Below, in pieces: positions 17,784-29,273 of a stretch of DNA of 64,000 nucleotides. The position numbers were made by a program, and so were the translations under genes. Below the pieces are notes generated by a model that was not told where the DNA came from, searched no databases, and saw only the letters and a program-made list of their open reading frames with translations. How positions within the stretch are numbered: the stretch's first letter is position 1; the number at the start of each line of letters is the position of its first letter. The DNA is from Hallerella sp. (GTDB lineage Bacteria; Bacillota_I; Bacilli_A; RFN20; CAG-826), in assembly GCA_963648925.1 (NCBI GenBank), contig CAVJFO010000009.1, positions 25,696 through 89,695 on the forward strand. Reading direction: 5' to 3'.

Positions 17784-18059
17784 ATGATTAAATTTTTGCC
17801 TGAAAAAGAATACGTTATTATCTCAATAAAAGAAAGATTGCCTTATTATCAAAATCTTAAGGAATCTTTTTCTTTGAATCTTGAAATCATGACTCTGGAT
17901 GGGATGATCAAACTCTTTGAAACGGAAACTAATCCCGAAAAACATTTTATTGATAAAGAAATCATCATTTCTGGTTACAAAAAAGAAGGAGACATTATCG
18001 CTCATTATCTCAATTCTCTTTCTGGAAACATGGCAATTGGCTACGAATTGGAAAAATAA
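17784..18059 (+). CDS. hypothetical protein (about 91 aa)
   Basis: ORF directly after glpK. TATAAT at 17770-17775 lies 8 nt before ATG 17784. No recognisable motif. Confidence 0.5.
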   Translation: MIKFLPEKEYVIISIKERLPYYQNLKESFSLNLEIMTLDGMIKLFETETNPEKHFIDKEIIISGYKKEGDIIAHYLNSLSGNMAIGYELEK

Positions 18060-18128
18060 TAAATGTTACTGATGTAACTTTTCTTTTCCTCTTAAAGATA
18101 TTTTTGTTTAAAAATCATAAAAAGAATG

Positions 18129-18134
18129 TAGAAT
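18129..18134 (+). promoter_or_regulatory. -10 box TAGAAT, 6 nt upstream of ATG 18141; candidate leaderless promoter
   Basis: No SD between the box and the start codon. Confidence 0.35.
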
Positions 18135-18140
18135 AAGCCT

Positions 18141-19259
18141 ATGAAAAGGATTTTAGAAAAAGAGAAATATTATTCATTGCTAGACGCTTTAAAAGTTTCT
18201 CCGACTTTGAATAGAGAATTTCTCTACACTTTATACGTAGATGCTAAAGAATCCTCTGAAGGCTTTGCCGAAAATAACGGCACCATCGCTAATTTGGACA
18301 TTAATGATGTAACTTTGACCTTATATCTAGTCAATGAACATCATTTTTATTTGCAAACTCATCAAGATGATAAAGAAGAAGATCTCATCAAAGAAGACCA
18401 ATATGAACAATTTCTTCTTTCTATCGCTTTAGATAAATACTATACAAATGAGCATCTTTCTTTTAAGAATTCCGCCTCATCGAACCGTTTTCAACCAGAA
18501 ATTTCGACTATATCCTTATATATAAATTTCATTCTTGGGATGCTTTCTAGATATAAGCAAGGAAACCCTCAGCAAACTCTTATTGTTGATATCTTGCAAA
18601 AAGGTTTTTCGATGGCGCAATGCATTCTTTCTTTGCTAACTGGCGGCTTTGAAACTGAAGCATTCTCGACTTGGAGAACCTTGCACGAAAATGAATGTAT
18701 TTTGCTTTGCTTGGTTCGCTACGGTCAACCAATTATTGAAAAATATCTTAAGCATTTGCAATATGCCCTATGCTTTAGAAGTGGCATGCCAACTAAAGAA
18801 GAAACCGATAAGGTTTTCGAGCAAATCAAATCCGAGATGAAAGAACATGATCTTAAGAGCAAAGACATGAAACGTTTTATTGAATACGGTTGGCTTTACG
18901 CTATTCCGCATATCGAGGAAGAAGAAGGCTTCAAACTAAATTTCCGCGACGGCGTTGAAAGAGCAGCCAAACTTCGCGATTACTCCAAAGTCTATGAAAT
19001 GTCTTCGGAAATCGCCCACTCTTCTCCATTGTTAATCTATTCTAGAAAAACTTATTTCTATTTGATTAGCTTAATAAACCTATATGAGTCTTTCTTTCGC
19101 ATTGAGAAGGTGTTTTCATCCTTATATCTTTCGACCACAAGCAAGGAAGAACAACAATCCTACGTTAAGATGCAATCCCTTTATCGTTCTGAGTTAAATG
19201 CCGCATACGCATTAATGCAAAAACGTTGGCAAAAACTCAACGATGATAAGAAAGTTTGA
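18141..19259 (+). CDS. hypothetical alpha-helical protein (possibly DUF5677-like)
   Basis: 372 aa. The stretch QCILSLLTGGFETEAFSTWRTLHENECILLCLV resembles, from memory, the core helix pair of DUF5677 proteins. Function not assigned. Confidence 0.55.
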   Translation: MKRILEKEKYYSLLDALKVSPTLNREFLYTLYVDAKESSEGFAENNGTIANLDINDVTLTLYLVNEHHFYLQTHQDDKEEDLIKEDQYEQFLLSIALDKYYTNEHLSFKNSASSNRFQPEISTISLYINFILGMLSRYKQGNPQQTLIVDILQKGFSMAQCILSLLTGGFETEAFSTWRTLHENECILLCLVRYGQPIIEKYLKHLQYALCFRSGMPTKEETDKVFEQIKSEMKEHDLKSKDMKRFIEYGWLYAIPHIEEEEGFKLNFRDGVERAAKLRDYSKVYEMSSEIAHSSPLLIYSRKTYFYLISLINLYESFFRIEKVFSSLYLSTTSKEEQQSYVKMQSLYRSELNAAYALMQKRWQKLNDDKKV

Positions 19260-19293
19260 TACACGTCTCCGTTGTATCCGATATAAACATATT

Positions 19294-19323
19294 AAAAAAG
19301 CCTTGTTAAACAAGGCTAATTTT
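19294..19323. terminator. bidirectional rho-independent terminator between convergent genes
   Basis: Stem AGCCTTG (19299-19305) / CAAGGCT (19311-19317), 5-nt loop, A-run before and T-rich after. Confidence 0.65.
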
Positions 19324-20978
19324 CATACATCAGCGTAGCAAGAACCACCTATGAATTCCCTCATTAAGGAATTTGATGGAACCCATTCGTCAGACATGTC
19401 GATGAAATATTTAAGCATGCCGATTAAACGATGGGCATCTGAATGATATGGAGAATCATTAGGGAGACTTTGTAACAATGGCATGGCGTATTTTTTCATT
19501 ATTGCTAATTCATATGGCAAGAATGAATTAAAGACATAGTCACATCCTTCTTGATAAGGGTAAATCCATTTGAATTCGCCTGCTCTGACCTTCCCCCAAA
19601 GAGAGAAAGTCTCTTCCGCGGATGAATTTCTAAATTTCTTGTCTCTTACGAGTCTTCTTAATAAACGTAAATCCGTCAAAGAAAGAGGATTGTGATCATC
19701 TAGGTTGATTTGAGCTTGAGGGGAGATGAAGATTTTAAATTTTTGGCTCTTTGGAATTTGATATGTCAAACGATCGTTTAAGGCATGGATGCCTTCAATA
19801 ATAATCGGTTGATCTTTTTCCAATTTAACCTTTCTTCCAGGAACGCGATGCCCCACCGTGAAGTCGAATCTTGGTAATTCGGTTTCTTCTCCGTTGATCA
19901 AAGAAAGCATGTTTTCATTGAAGTAGTTGATGTCAATTGCTTCTAAACATTCATAATCGGGGAGGCCGTCTTCTCCAAGAGGAGTCTCTTCCCTTGGCTT
20001 ATAGTAATCATCGGTTGAAATTCTAATTGGCTTAATTCCTCTTGAAAGAAGTTCAATTCTTAATCGGTTTGCAAACGTTGTTTTGCCAGAAGAGGAAGGG
20101 CCTGCGATACAAATGACTCTTATATCTTTGATATCGTCTTCGATCATTTGACCGAGTTCGGCGATTTGACGATTATGCCTGTGTTCACAAACGTTAACTA
20201 ATTCCGCCACGCCAGATGTTTTAATTTCGTCATTGATTCCCGCAACCGTGGATATTCCGACAACTTTCGCCCAGTCATGGGATTCTTTGAGAATCTTTCT
20301 GAAAGTAGGTGCATCTTCAAATTCAGGAATCTCTCCGTGACATTCGCTACGAGGATATTGGACAAGGAACCCGTTTCCGTAAAGATGAAGCTTATAAGAA
20401 GACAAATATCCAGTGGATGGAACTAAGTGGGAGTACATATAGTCTAAATATCCATCGCATTCATAAAGATGAACGGTTTTTTCTGGACGATATACGAGAA
20501 TGGCCTTCTTATCGGCAAATCCTCTTTCATCGTAGATTTTTTCTGCTTCAGAATTAGGAACAACAAGCCTCTTTAACGGGAAATCCGCTTTTACGATATT
20601 TTCTAATTCTTTGCTAACCTTTTCTAACATAGCATTGCTTGCATGGACACTAGGATCAAGCAAATGAATCGAGATACAACGTGAAATGTTATATGCGAGG
20701 CGAATATGAAGAGAAGGATATGCTCTTGCAAAAGCCATTGAAAGAAGATATCTCAAGGATGCTTCATACATTTTCATGGCCTGAGAAGATGTTAAATCCA
20801 GCAATTCAACGTTAGCATCATAATAAATTTCATACGTTAACTCTCTGACGCGATTGTTAACTTTTGCACAAATTATATTCTTATTAGTTCTTTGCTCATC
20901 ACTAAGCAAAGACAAAACGGAAACTTTCTTATCAAATTCTCTTTCATTTCCGTTAATCGTTATTTTAAATTTTTGCAT
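19323..20978 (-). CDS. TGS / ThrRS-SAD-like N-terminal region fused to a uridine-kinase/phosphoribulokinase-family P-loop kinase
   Basis: 551 aa. The N-terminus is TGS-like (KITINGNEREFDKKVSVLSLL). The C-terminal half has the P-loop IAGPSSSGKTTFANRL and PRK/Udk-like regions (IIIEGIHALN). AAGGAGG SD. Confidence 0.7.
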   Translation of the reverse strand: MQKFKITINGNEREFDKKVSVLSLLSDEQRTNKNIICAKVNNRVRELTYEIYYDANVELLDLTSSQAMKMYEASLRYLLSMAFARAYPSLHIRLAYNISRCISIHLLDPSVHASNAMLEKVSKELENIVKADFPLKRLVVPNSEAEKIYDERGFADKKAILVYRPEKTVHLYECDGYLDYMYSHLVPSTGYLSSYKLHLYGNGFLVQYPRSECHGEIPEFEDAPTFRKILKESHDWAKVVGISTVAGINDEIKTSGVAELVNVCEHRHNRQIAELGQMIEDDIKDIRVICIAGPSSSGKTTFANRLRIELLSRGIKPIRISTDDYYKPREETPLGEDGLPDYECLEAIDINYFNENMLSLINGEETELPRFDFTVGHRVPGRKVKLEKDQPIIIEGIHALNDRLTYQIPKSQKFKIFISPQAQINLDDHNPLSLTDLRLLRRLVRDKKFRNSSAEETFSLWGKVRAGEFKWIYPYQEGCDYVFNSFLPYELAIMKKYAMPLLQSLPNDSPYHSDAHRLIGMLKYFIDMSDEWVPSNSLMREFIGGSCYADV

Positions 20979-21170
20979 GTGTAGTTTCCTCCTTGTTATC
21001 GATAAAAACTGTGATTAAAGGCAAATTTGCTTTGCCCAATATGATATATAATTCAGATATTTAATGCAAGCGCTTTCATACATTGTTACATAACTTTTAA
21101 ACGTGTTTTTTTAACAATTAAATGCGAATGTATAAATTTTAAAAAATTTAAGGGACAAAAAAATTCTAAA

Positions 21171-21644
21171 ATGCTAAAATACCGAAGGTACGAAAAAATG
21201 TTGAATTTCTATCTTAAACTAAACCGCGATTCCAAAATATTCTTCTGGCTTGTCATACTAGATGCAGTGGTGTATCTAGCCTTAATGCCCCTATACTTTT
21301 TTGGATTAGACAAAGGCTATCAATATCCAAATGGATGGTTGCTTGGCTCAATCGTTTCTTTAATCGCCTACGTTACTTTGATTAAGATGTCGAATGGAGT
21401 GGTTAGCAAAGACACGACAAAGAATCTCCCTTTGGTTGTTCTCTCATCATTTTTAAGACCATTGCTTTACGTTTTAGTTCTTTTATTATCTGGAATCTGC
21501 ACCTTTAAACCGGAATGGTTAGGCGGATTTGACATGTTTTCTTTTTGGACGGCATTTGTTTCTTTATTACCAATGAATGCGATAATTCTCGTTTGCCATT
21601 TCCTAGATTCTAGAAAAAGTCGCAGCAAAAGTGAGGTCAAGTAA
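21171..21644 (+). CDS. atpI: AtpI/AtpZ-like small membrane protein preceding atpB
   Basis: 157-aa hydrophobic ORF immediately upstream of atpB. An alternative start at ATG 21198 has a better-placed GAAGG SD. Confidence 0.6.
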   Translation: MLKYRRYEKMLNFYLKLNRDSKIFFWLVILDAVVYLALMPLYFFGLDKGYQYPNGWLLGSIVSLIAYVTLIKMSNGVVSKDTTKNLPLVVLSSFLRPLLYVLVLLLSGICTFKPEWLGGFDMFSFWTAFVSLLPMNAIILVCHFLDSRKSRSKSEVK

Positions 21645-22555
21645 TGTTTTTAGCGGTTGATTTAAGCGAAAGACTAAAAGACATGCTCACTTTTGATCTT
21701 GAGCATCTTGTAGGCCCTCTTTTCTCGTCTCTTTTAATTATTGTTGTTTTGCTTATTTTAGGCGGAATAGTTGGGGTTAAAGCCAATAAGGCTGTTAAAA
21801 ATGGCGATTATAAGAAAGCTCCAAGAGGAATCTTATTCTGGGCTGATGCTTATTATGATTACGTAAGTAACTTTACGATAAATAACATGGGGAACTCATC
21901 CAAGTTATGGACTGGCTATTTCTTTACTTTGTGGGCTTATTTATTCATCGCCTTCAATGCGTCTTTATTTGGCATTCCTTCGGTTATTGACTGGTTGCCA
22001 GGTCCGCTTTGCTTAGCTCTTATCATGTTTTTCTGGATTCATGCTGTTGCTATTAAATATCAACATTGGGCATATTTAAAGAGATATATCGATCCACTTC
22101 CTGTCTTCTTGCCAGTTAATCTTATTACAATGTGGTCGCCAATTATCTCAACCACGATGCGTATGTTCGGAAATGCCTTGGCTGGAACAGTTATCATCAC
22201 ATTATTGCAATGGGCTCTTTCAAGCTTATCGGCTTCCATTTTCACTAATTTGGGCGCTTCATTAGAGGTTGTAAGTGCAACTTCATCGTGGAGCAGCTGG
22301 TGGAATTCCTTCCCATATTGGTCGGGGACTATTCTCTCACCAATTCCGATTGGAATTCTCAATGCTTACTTTAGTTTGTTCTCCGGGTTTGTTCAAACCA
22401 TGGTTTTTGCTTCCCTTTCATCCCTTTGGATCGCTCAAGAGAAGCCAATGGACGAAGACAATGTTTATCTTGCCTTCCGCCCAGTCCCAAAAGAACTGCT
22501 CGCTTATGAACAAAAAGATACAAAAACAGAAGTTATAGGAGGAATAAAAAGATGA
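21644..22555 (+). CDS. atpB: F0F1 ATP synthase subunit a
   Basis: 303 aa, polytopic, with the conserved MRMFGNALAG region (essential Arg). Position in the operon fits. Confidence 0.9.
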   Translation: MFLAVDLSERLKDMLTFDLEHLVGPLFSSLLIIVVLLILGGIVGVKANKAVKNGDYKKAPRGILFWADAYYDYVSNFTINNMGNSSKLWTGYFFTLWAYLFIAFNASLFGIPSVIDWLPGPLCLALIMFFWIHAVAIKYQHWAYLKRYIDPLPVFLPVNLITMWSPIISTTMRMFGNALAGTVIITLLQWALSSLSASIFTNLGASLEVVSATSSWSSWWNSFPYWSGTILSPIPIGILNAYFSLFSGFVQTMVFASLSSLWIAQEKPMDEDNVYLAFRPVPKELLAYEQKDTKTEVIGGIKR

Positions 22556-22779
22556 CTGATGTTGGTTTAAAGGCTATTGCCGCCGCTATTTGCGTTGCAT
22601 TCGGTATGATTTCCGCTCTTGGTGAAAGCTGGATTGCTTGCCACACAATCGACGGAATGACAAGAAATCCTGAAATGGCGGACAAATTAAGAAGCAACAT
22701 GATCGTTGCCGTTGCTCTTGATGAATCCACGGCTATTTACTGCTTAATTGTTGCTATTTTAATTATTTTCGTTTTGTAA
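22552..22779 (+). CDS. atpE: F0F1 ATP synthase subunit c
   Basis: 75 aa helical hairpin with loop TRNPE. Ion-site residues are E25 (LGESW) and E58-S59-T60...Y63 (ALDESTAIY). Confidence 0.9.
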   Translation: MTDVGLKAIAAAICVAFGMISALGESWIACHTIDGMTRNPEMADKLRSNMIVAVALDESTAIYCLIVAILIIFVL

Positions 22780-22795
22780 TTGGAGTAATTTTTGG

Positions 22796-23356
22796 ATGAA
22801 TAACATTTTGCTATACATATTAGAAGATGCTTCGTCCGCCCCATTTCAACCAGAGGATTTTTTAAGTAAGATTTTTGGAAATTTTTGGGCTCTATTAATC
22901 AACCTTTTAGCGTTGATAGTGCTTTTTGTGTTGCTTTTCTTTGTTGGCTATAAGCCATTAAAAAGGTATTCCGAAAAAAGAAGAGACTATATAGAAGGCA
23001 ATATTAGAGATGCCGAAAATGCAAAGAAACATTATGAAGGCATCCTTAGCCAATCAGATGAGATAATCTCTTCTGCCGAAACTGAAGCGCAAGATATCAT
23101 TTCTAAAGCCGAGGAAAACGCCAAGAAGCAAGCTGATTTAATTGTTCAAGATGCCAAAAACATAGCAATCATGGAACAAGAAAAAGCTGCGAATAATATC
23201 GAACAAGAAAAGCAAAAAGCTCGTGATGAGATTCGCAAAGAAATCGTCAATGTAGCTCTTGATGCGTCAAAAGAGATTCTTGCTCGTGAAATTAACGAAG
23301 AAGATAACAAAAAAATTCTCGATGGAATTGCCTCTGATTTAGAGAAGAAAGGCTAA
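22796..23356 (+). CDS. atpF: F0F1 ATP synthase subunit b
   Basis: 186 aa. Single N-terminal TM helix followed by a long charged helix. Operon position fits. Confidence 0.85.
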   Translation: MNNILLYILEDASSAPFQPEDFLSKIFGNFWALLINLLALIVLFVLLFFVGYKPLKRYSEKRRDYIEGNIRDAENAKKHYEGILSQSDEIISSAETEAQDIISKAEENAKKQADLIVQDAKNIAIMEQEKAANNIEQEKQKARDEIRKEIVNVALDASKEILAREINEEDNKKILDGIASDLEKKG

Positions 23357-23360
23357 AAAC

Positions 23361-23906
23361 ATGAATGAAGAAGTTTATGTAAATTATGCAAGCGCCCTAT
23401 TCTCTTTGTCCAAGGAAGAAAATAAGGTCGACATTTATCTAAAAGAAATTAAACAAGTGGAAGAAATTCTTACTAGCGATCCTTCGTTTTTAGAATGTTT
23501 TTCTTCGCACAAAATATCGCTTGATCAAATAAATTCAATTTTAGATAAGGCATTTGGAAAACTAGAAAGCCCATCGCTTTTACCTTTTTTGAAACTTCTT
23601 GCGTCAAAGCATCTAATTTCTTCAATTCGTGAGATATTCAGAGAATACAGGACTTTGGCAAATGAATATCTCGGCATAAAAGAGGGCCTGCTCTATTCTA
23701 CTTCCCCATTAAGCGAGGAAGAAGTATCCAGAATAGAAAAAGCGCTCGAAACAAAATTAAATTGCCAAGTTCACCTCCTAAACAAGATTGATAAAAACCT
23801 TATTGGAGGAATCAAAATTGCCCTTGATGGGAAGATTTATGATGGTTCAATTCAAAACAAGATTGATTCTCTACGTCATAAATTATTGAAAGGAGGCTCC
23901 GTATGA
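23361..23906 (+). CDS. atpH: F0F1 ATP synthase subunit delta
   Basis: 181 aa, OSCP-like (YASALFSL..., LIGGIKI). Operon position fits. Confidence 0.85.
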   Translation: MNEEVYVNYASALFSLSKEENKVDIYLKEIKQVEEILTSDPSFLECFSSHKISLDQINSILDKAFGKLESPSLLPFLKLLASKHLISSIREIFREYRTLANEYLGIKEGLLYSTSPLSEEEVSRIEKALETKLNCQVHLLNKIDKNLIGGIKIALDGKIYDGSIQNKIDSLRHKLLKGGSV

Positions 23907-25411
23907 AACTAGACACTAATCAAATTAGCGCATTAATCAAAGAACAAATAAAATCCTTCGCCGGACAAATCGAAAGCAGTGACGTTGGCACTGTTATATC
24001 CGTTGGTGACGGAATTGCTTCTGTATATGGGTTAAAGGGAGCTATGTTAGGTGAACTTTTGCTTTTCCCTAACGATGTTTATGGCATGGTTATGAACTTG
24101 AACGCCGATGATGTTGGCGCGGTTTTGCTTGGTTCAGATCGCTCTATTAAAGAAGGAGACACGGTTAAAAGAACTAACCGCGTTGTTGAAGTTCCCGTTG
24201 GCGATTCTTTATTAGGAAGAGTCGTTTCTCCTTTAGGTTTGCCATTAGATGAAGCTGGTCCAATTGAATACACAAAAACAAGACCTATCGAAAGAATAGC
24301 GCCTGGTGTTATGACAAGAAAATCAGTCGATACTCCTTTAGCAACTGGTATTAAAGCCATAGACTCAATGATTCCTATTGGACGAGGACAAAGAGAACTT
24401 ATCATTGGGGACCGTCAAACTGGCAAAACATCGATCGCCATCGATACGATAGTTAACCAAAAAGGCAAAAACGTTAATTGTGTTTATGTCGCCATTGGTC
24501 AAAAGAATTCTACGGTTGCTAGCATCGTTAACCGTCTCAAAGAAAAAAACTGTTTTGATTACGTTACTGTAGTTAACGCTTCGGCCTCCCAATCCGCACC
24601 ACAACAATACATTGCCCCATTTTCTGGCATCGCTATGGCTGAAGAGTGGATGGAAGAAGGAAAAGACGTACTTATTGTTTTTGACGATCTTTCAAAACAC
24701 GCCGTAGCTTACCGTACATTATCTCTTCTTTTAAGAAGGGCACCTGGTAGAGAAGCATATCCTGGCGATATTTTCTACCTTCATTCTCGTTTGCTTGAAA
24801 GAGCTTGCAAACTTGCGCCTGAATATGGCGGAGGTTCAATCACTGCTCTCCCTATAATCGAAACCCAAGCTGGCGATATTTCTGCATATATCCCAACAAA
24901 TGTCATCTCCATCACAGATGGACAAATATTCCTCATTTCCGATTATTTTAACGCTGGTCAAAGACCTGCTGTTGATTCCGGCTTATCGGTTTCCCGTGTT
25001 GGCTCTTCAGCCCAAATCAAAGCAATGAAACAAGTTTCTAAATCCTTAAAAATAGAACTTGCTAACTATAGAGAAAATCTCTCTTTTGCTCAATTCGGTT
25101 CAGATTTAGACGCCGAAACAAAACGCATTCTCACACATGGTGGAATCGTTATGGAGGCCTTAAAACAAAAGAATTGGGCTCCGATGGATATGATTGATGA
25201 AGTCATCGAGCTCTTTGCCGTCAATCGTCGTTACTTAGATGATTTAGAAATTGAACAAGTGAATCCATTCTTAAACGACTTGCTTCACTATGTCCACACT
25301 AATAATTCAGAATTAATTGAAACCTTAAATAAGGAAAAAGCCTTCTCAAAAGAAAGCGAAGAAACCCTATCTAAAGCAATTGAAACTTTTAAAAAGACAA
25401 GGAAGAACTAG
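23903..25411 (+). CDS. atpA: F0F1 ATP synthase subunit alpha
   Basis: 502 aa, P-loop [11 protein letters not shown], and the conserved regions [32 protein letters not shown]. Confidence 0.97.
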   Translation: MKLDTNQISALIKEQIKSFAGQIESSDVGTVISVGDGIASVYGLKGAMLGELLLFPNDVYGMVMNLNADDVGAVLLGSDRSIKEGDTVKRTNRVVEVPVGDSLLGRVVSPLGLPLDEAGPIEYTKTRPIERIAPGVMTRKSVDTPLATGIKAIDSMIPIGRGQRELIIGDRQTGKTSIAIDTIVNQKGKNVNCVYVAIGQKNSTVASIVNRLKEKNCFDYVTVVNASASQSAPQQYIAPFSGIAMAEEWMEEGKDVLIVFDDLSKHAVAYRTLSLLLRRAPGREAYPGDIFYLHSRLLERACKLAPEYGGGSITALPIIETQAGDISAYIPTNVISITDGQIFLISDYFNAGQRPAVDSGLSVSRVGSSAQIKAMKQVSKSLKIELANYRENLSFAQFGSDLDAETKRILTHGGIVMEALKQKNWAPMDMIDEVIELFAVNRRYLDDLEIEQVNPFLNDLLHYVHTNNSELIETLNKEKAFSKESEETLSKAIETFKKTRKN

Positions 25412-25417
25412 TTTTAT

Positions 25418-27721
<2,304 letters not shown>

Positions 27722-27722
<1 letters not shown>

Positions 27723-28036
27723 TGCCTTCTTTGAATTTGAGCGTTTTAACGCCTAACGGAACGGCATTTAAAGGAGAAGTATCATACGTCTCGGTTCCTT
27801 CTAATAAAGGACCTCTTGGCATTATGCCAGGTTATACGACATTGATTGCTCCACTTGCGAAAAAAGGTGTTTTAAAGATTGTCAAAACAAATAAAGAAGA
27901 AATTTATTTTGCTGTTTCTTTCGGCGCGCTTGAAGTTAAAAGAGAAGAAACAATCATTTTAACCGAGATTGCCTTAGCTGCCTCAACCTTAGAAGAGGCG
28001 GAAAAATTATTAAATGAATCGGAAAGATTTAAATAA
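27722..28036 (+). CDS. atpC: F0F1 ATP synthase subunit epsilon (short form)
   Basis: 104 aa. The N-terminal beta-sandwich pattern LSVLTPNGTAFKGEV...GPLGIMPGYTTLIA is present; the C-terminal helices are shortened. Confidence 0.85.
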
Positions 28037-28049
28037 GGAGAGGGATAAG

Positions 28050-29273
28050 ATGAATTTCATTTTTGTTTCGCCAAATTATCCGCAAAGATATTTCAAATGG
28101 GTAGAATCTTTAAAGGCAAGAGGGATTAATGTTCTAGGGATTGGGGACACACCATATAACGAAACTTCTCCAAGACTTAGAAACGCTTTAACGGAATATT
28201 ATTTCTTACCAAATCTCGGCTCTTTTGATGAAATGCTTAAGGCATGCCGTTATTTTGAAAGAAAATATGGCAAAATAGATTATTTAGAATCAAATAATGA
28301 ATGGTGGCTATATCAAGATGCACGTTTAAGAAAAGAATTGAATATTACAACGGGTTTCTTTCCGGAAGAAATGGAAAAAATCAAGGCAAAATCAGCGATG
28401 AAGGCCTGTTTTCAAAAAGCTGGTGTGAAAACGATGCGTTATATTCTAGTCGATGGGCCAAGTGATATAGAAAAAACCCTGGAATTCGCAAAAGATGTCG
28501 GATACCCGCTTTTTGCTAAACCTAATGTCGGCGTTGGAGCGGCTCAATCCCATTCTTTAAAAAATGAAGAAGAAGTTCGCTCGTTGTTACAAAATACCTT
28601 AGAAGAAACTTTCATCATCGAAGAGTTCATCGATGGAGAAATTATATCTTTCGATGGAATTTGCGATTCATCGTCAAATGTAGTCTTCTGCACGTGCGAC
28701 CATTTTCCAACTCCTGTAGCCGAAGTTGTTAACGAAGCAAAAGACGAATATTACTATACGTCCCCCTTCAATTTGGAATTCAATGACGTTGATAGAGACG
28801 CCTTCCTTGAAGCTGGCAAAGCTACGGTAAAGGCATTTGGAATTAAAAAGAGATTCTTTCATATAGAATTTTTCGTTCTTAAAAATGATAAAGACGGGTT
28901 CGCTAAGAAAGGTGAATTTGTCGCTTTGGAATGCAATATGCGTCCTGCCGGAGGATATACACCAGATCTTCTCAATTACGCAAATTCTGTTTCGTGCTAT
29001 GAAATTTATGCCGATATCATCGCTTACGATAAAAATTATCAAGACATGAATAAGGAAAAATTTTACGCTTTCTCAGTCTCTCGTCGCGATGAATTGAATT
29101 ATTTGTATACGGAAGAAGAAATCTATAAAAAATACGGTTCCTCAATGTGTGCTCATGGTCAATATCCAAAACATATGGCAGACGCTATGGGCGATGAATA
29201 TTTCTTTGCCAAATTCAAAACGATTTCGGAAGGCGAAGACTTCGATAAATTCGTTAGAGCCAAGAAAAATTAA
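28050..29273 (+). CDS. ATP-grasp domain enzyme, substrate unknown
   Basis: About 407 aa from ATG 28050 (AAGGAGAGG SD; the track start 28014 overlaps atpC). ATP-grasp-like regions KSAMKACFQKAGVKT, GYPLFAKPNVGVGAAQS, IIEEFIDGEIISFDG and LECNMRPAGG. Confidence 0.7.
   Translation: MNFIFVSPNYPQRYFKWVESLKARGINVLGIGDTPYNETSPRLRNALTEYYFLPNLGSFDEMLKACRYFERKYGKIDYLESNNEWWLYQDARLRKELNITTGFFPEEMEKIKAKSAMKACFQKAGVKTMRYILVDGPSDIEKTLEFAKDVGYPLFAKPNVGVGAAQSHSLKNEEEVRSLLQNTLEETFIIEEFIDGEIISFDGICDSSSNVVFCTCDHFPTPVAEVVNEAKDEYYYTSPFNLEFNDVDRDAFLEAGKATVKAFGIKKRFFHIEFFVLKNDKDGFAKKGEFVALECNMRPAGGYTPDLLNYANSVSCYEIYADIIAYDKNYQDMNKEKFYAFSVSRRDELNYLYTEEEIYKKYGSSMCAHGQYPKHMADAMGDEYFFAKFKTISEGEDFDKFVRAKKN

Noticed and set aside
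21111-21136. Candidate atp operon promoter (TTAACA ... TATAAA)
   Set aside because: The spacer is only 14 nt and no better-spaced -35/-10 pair is evident. Left uncalled.
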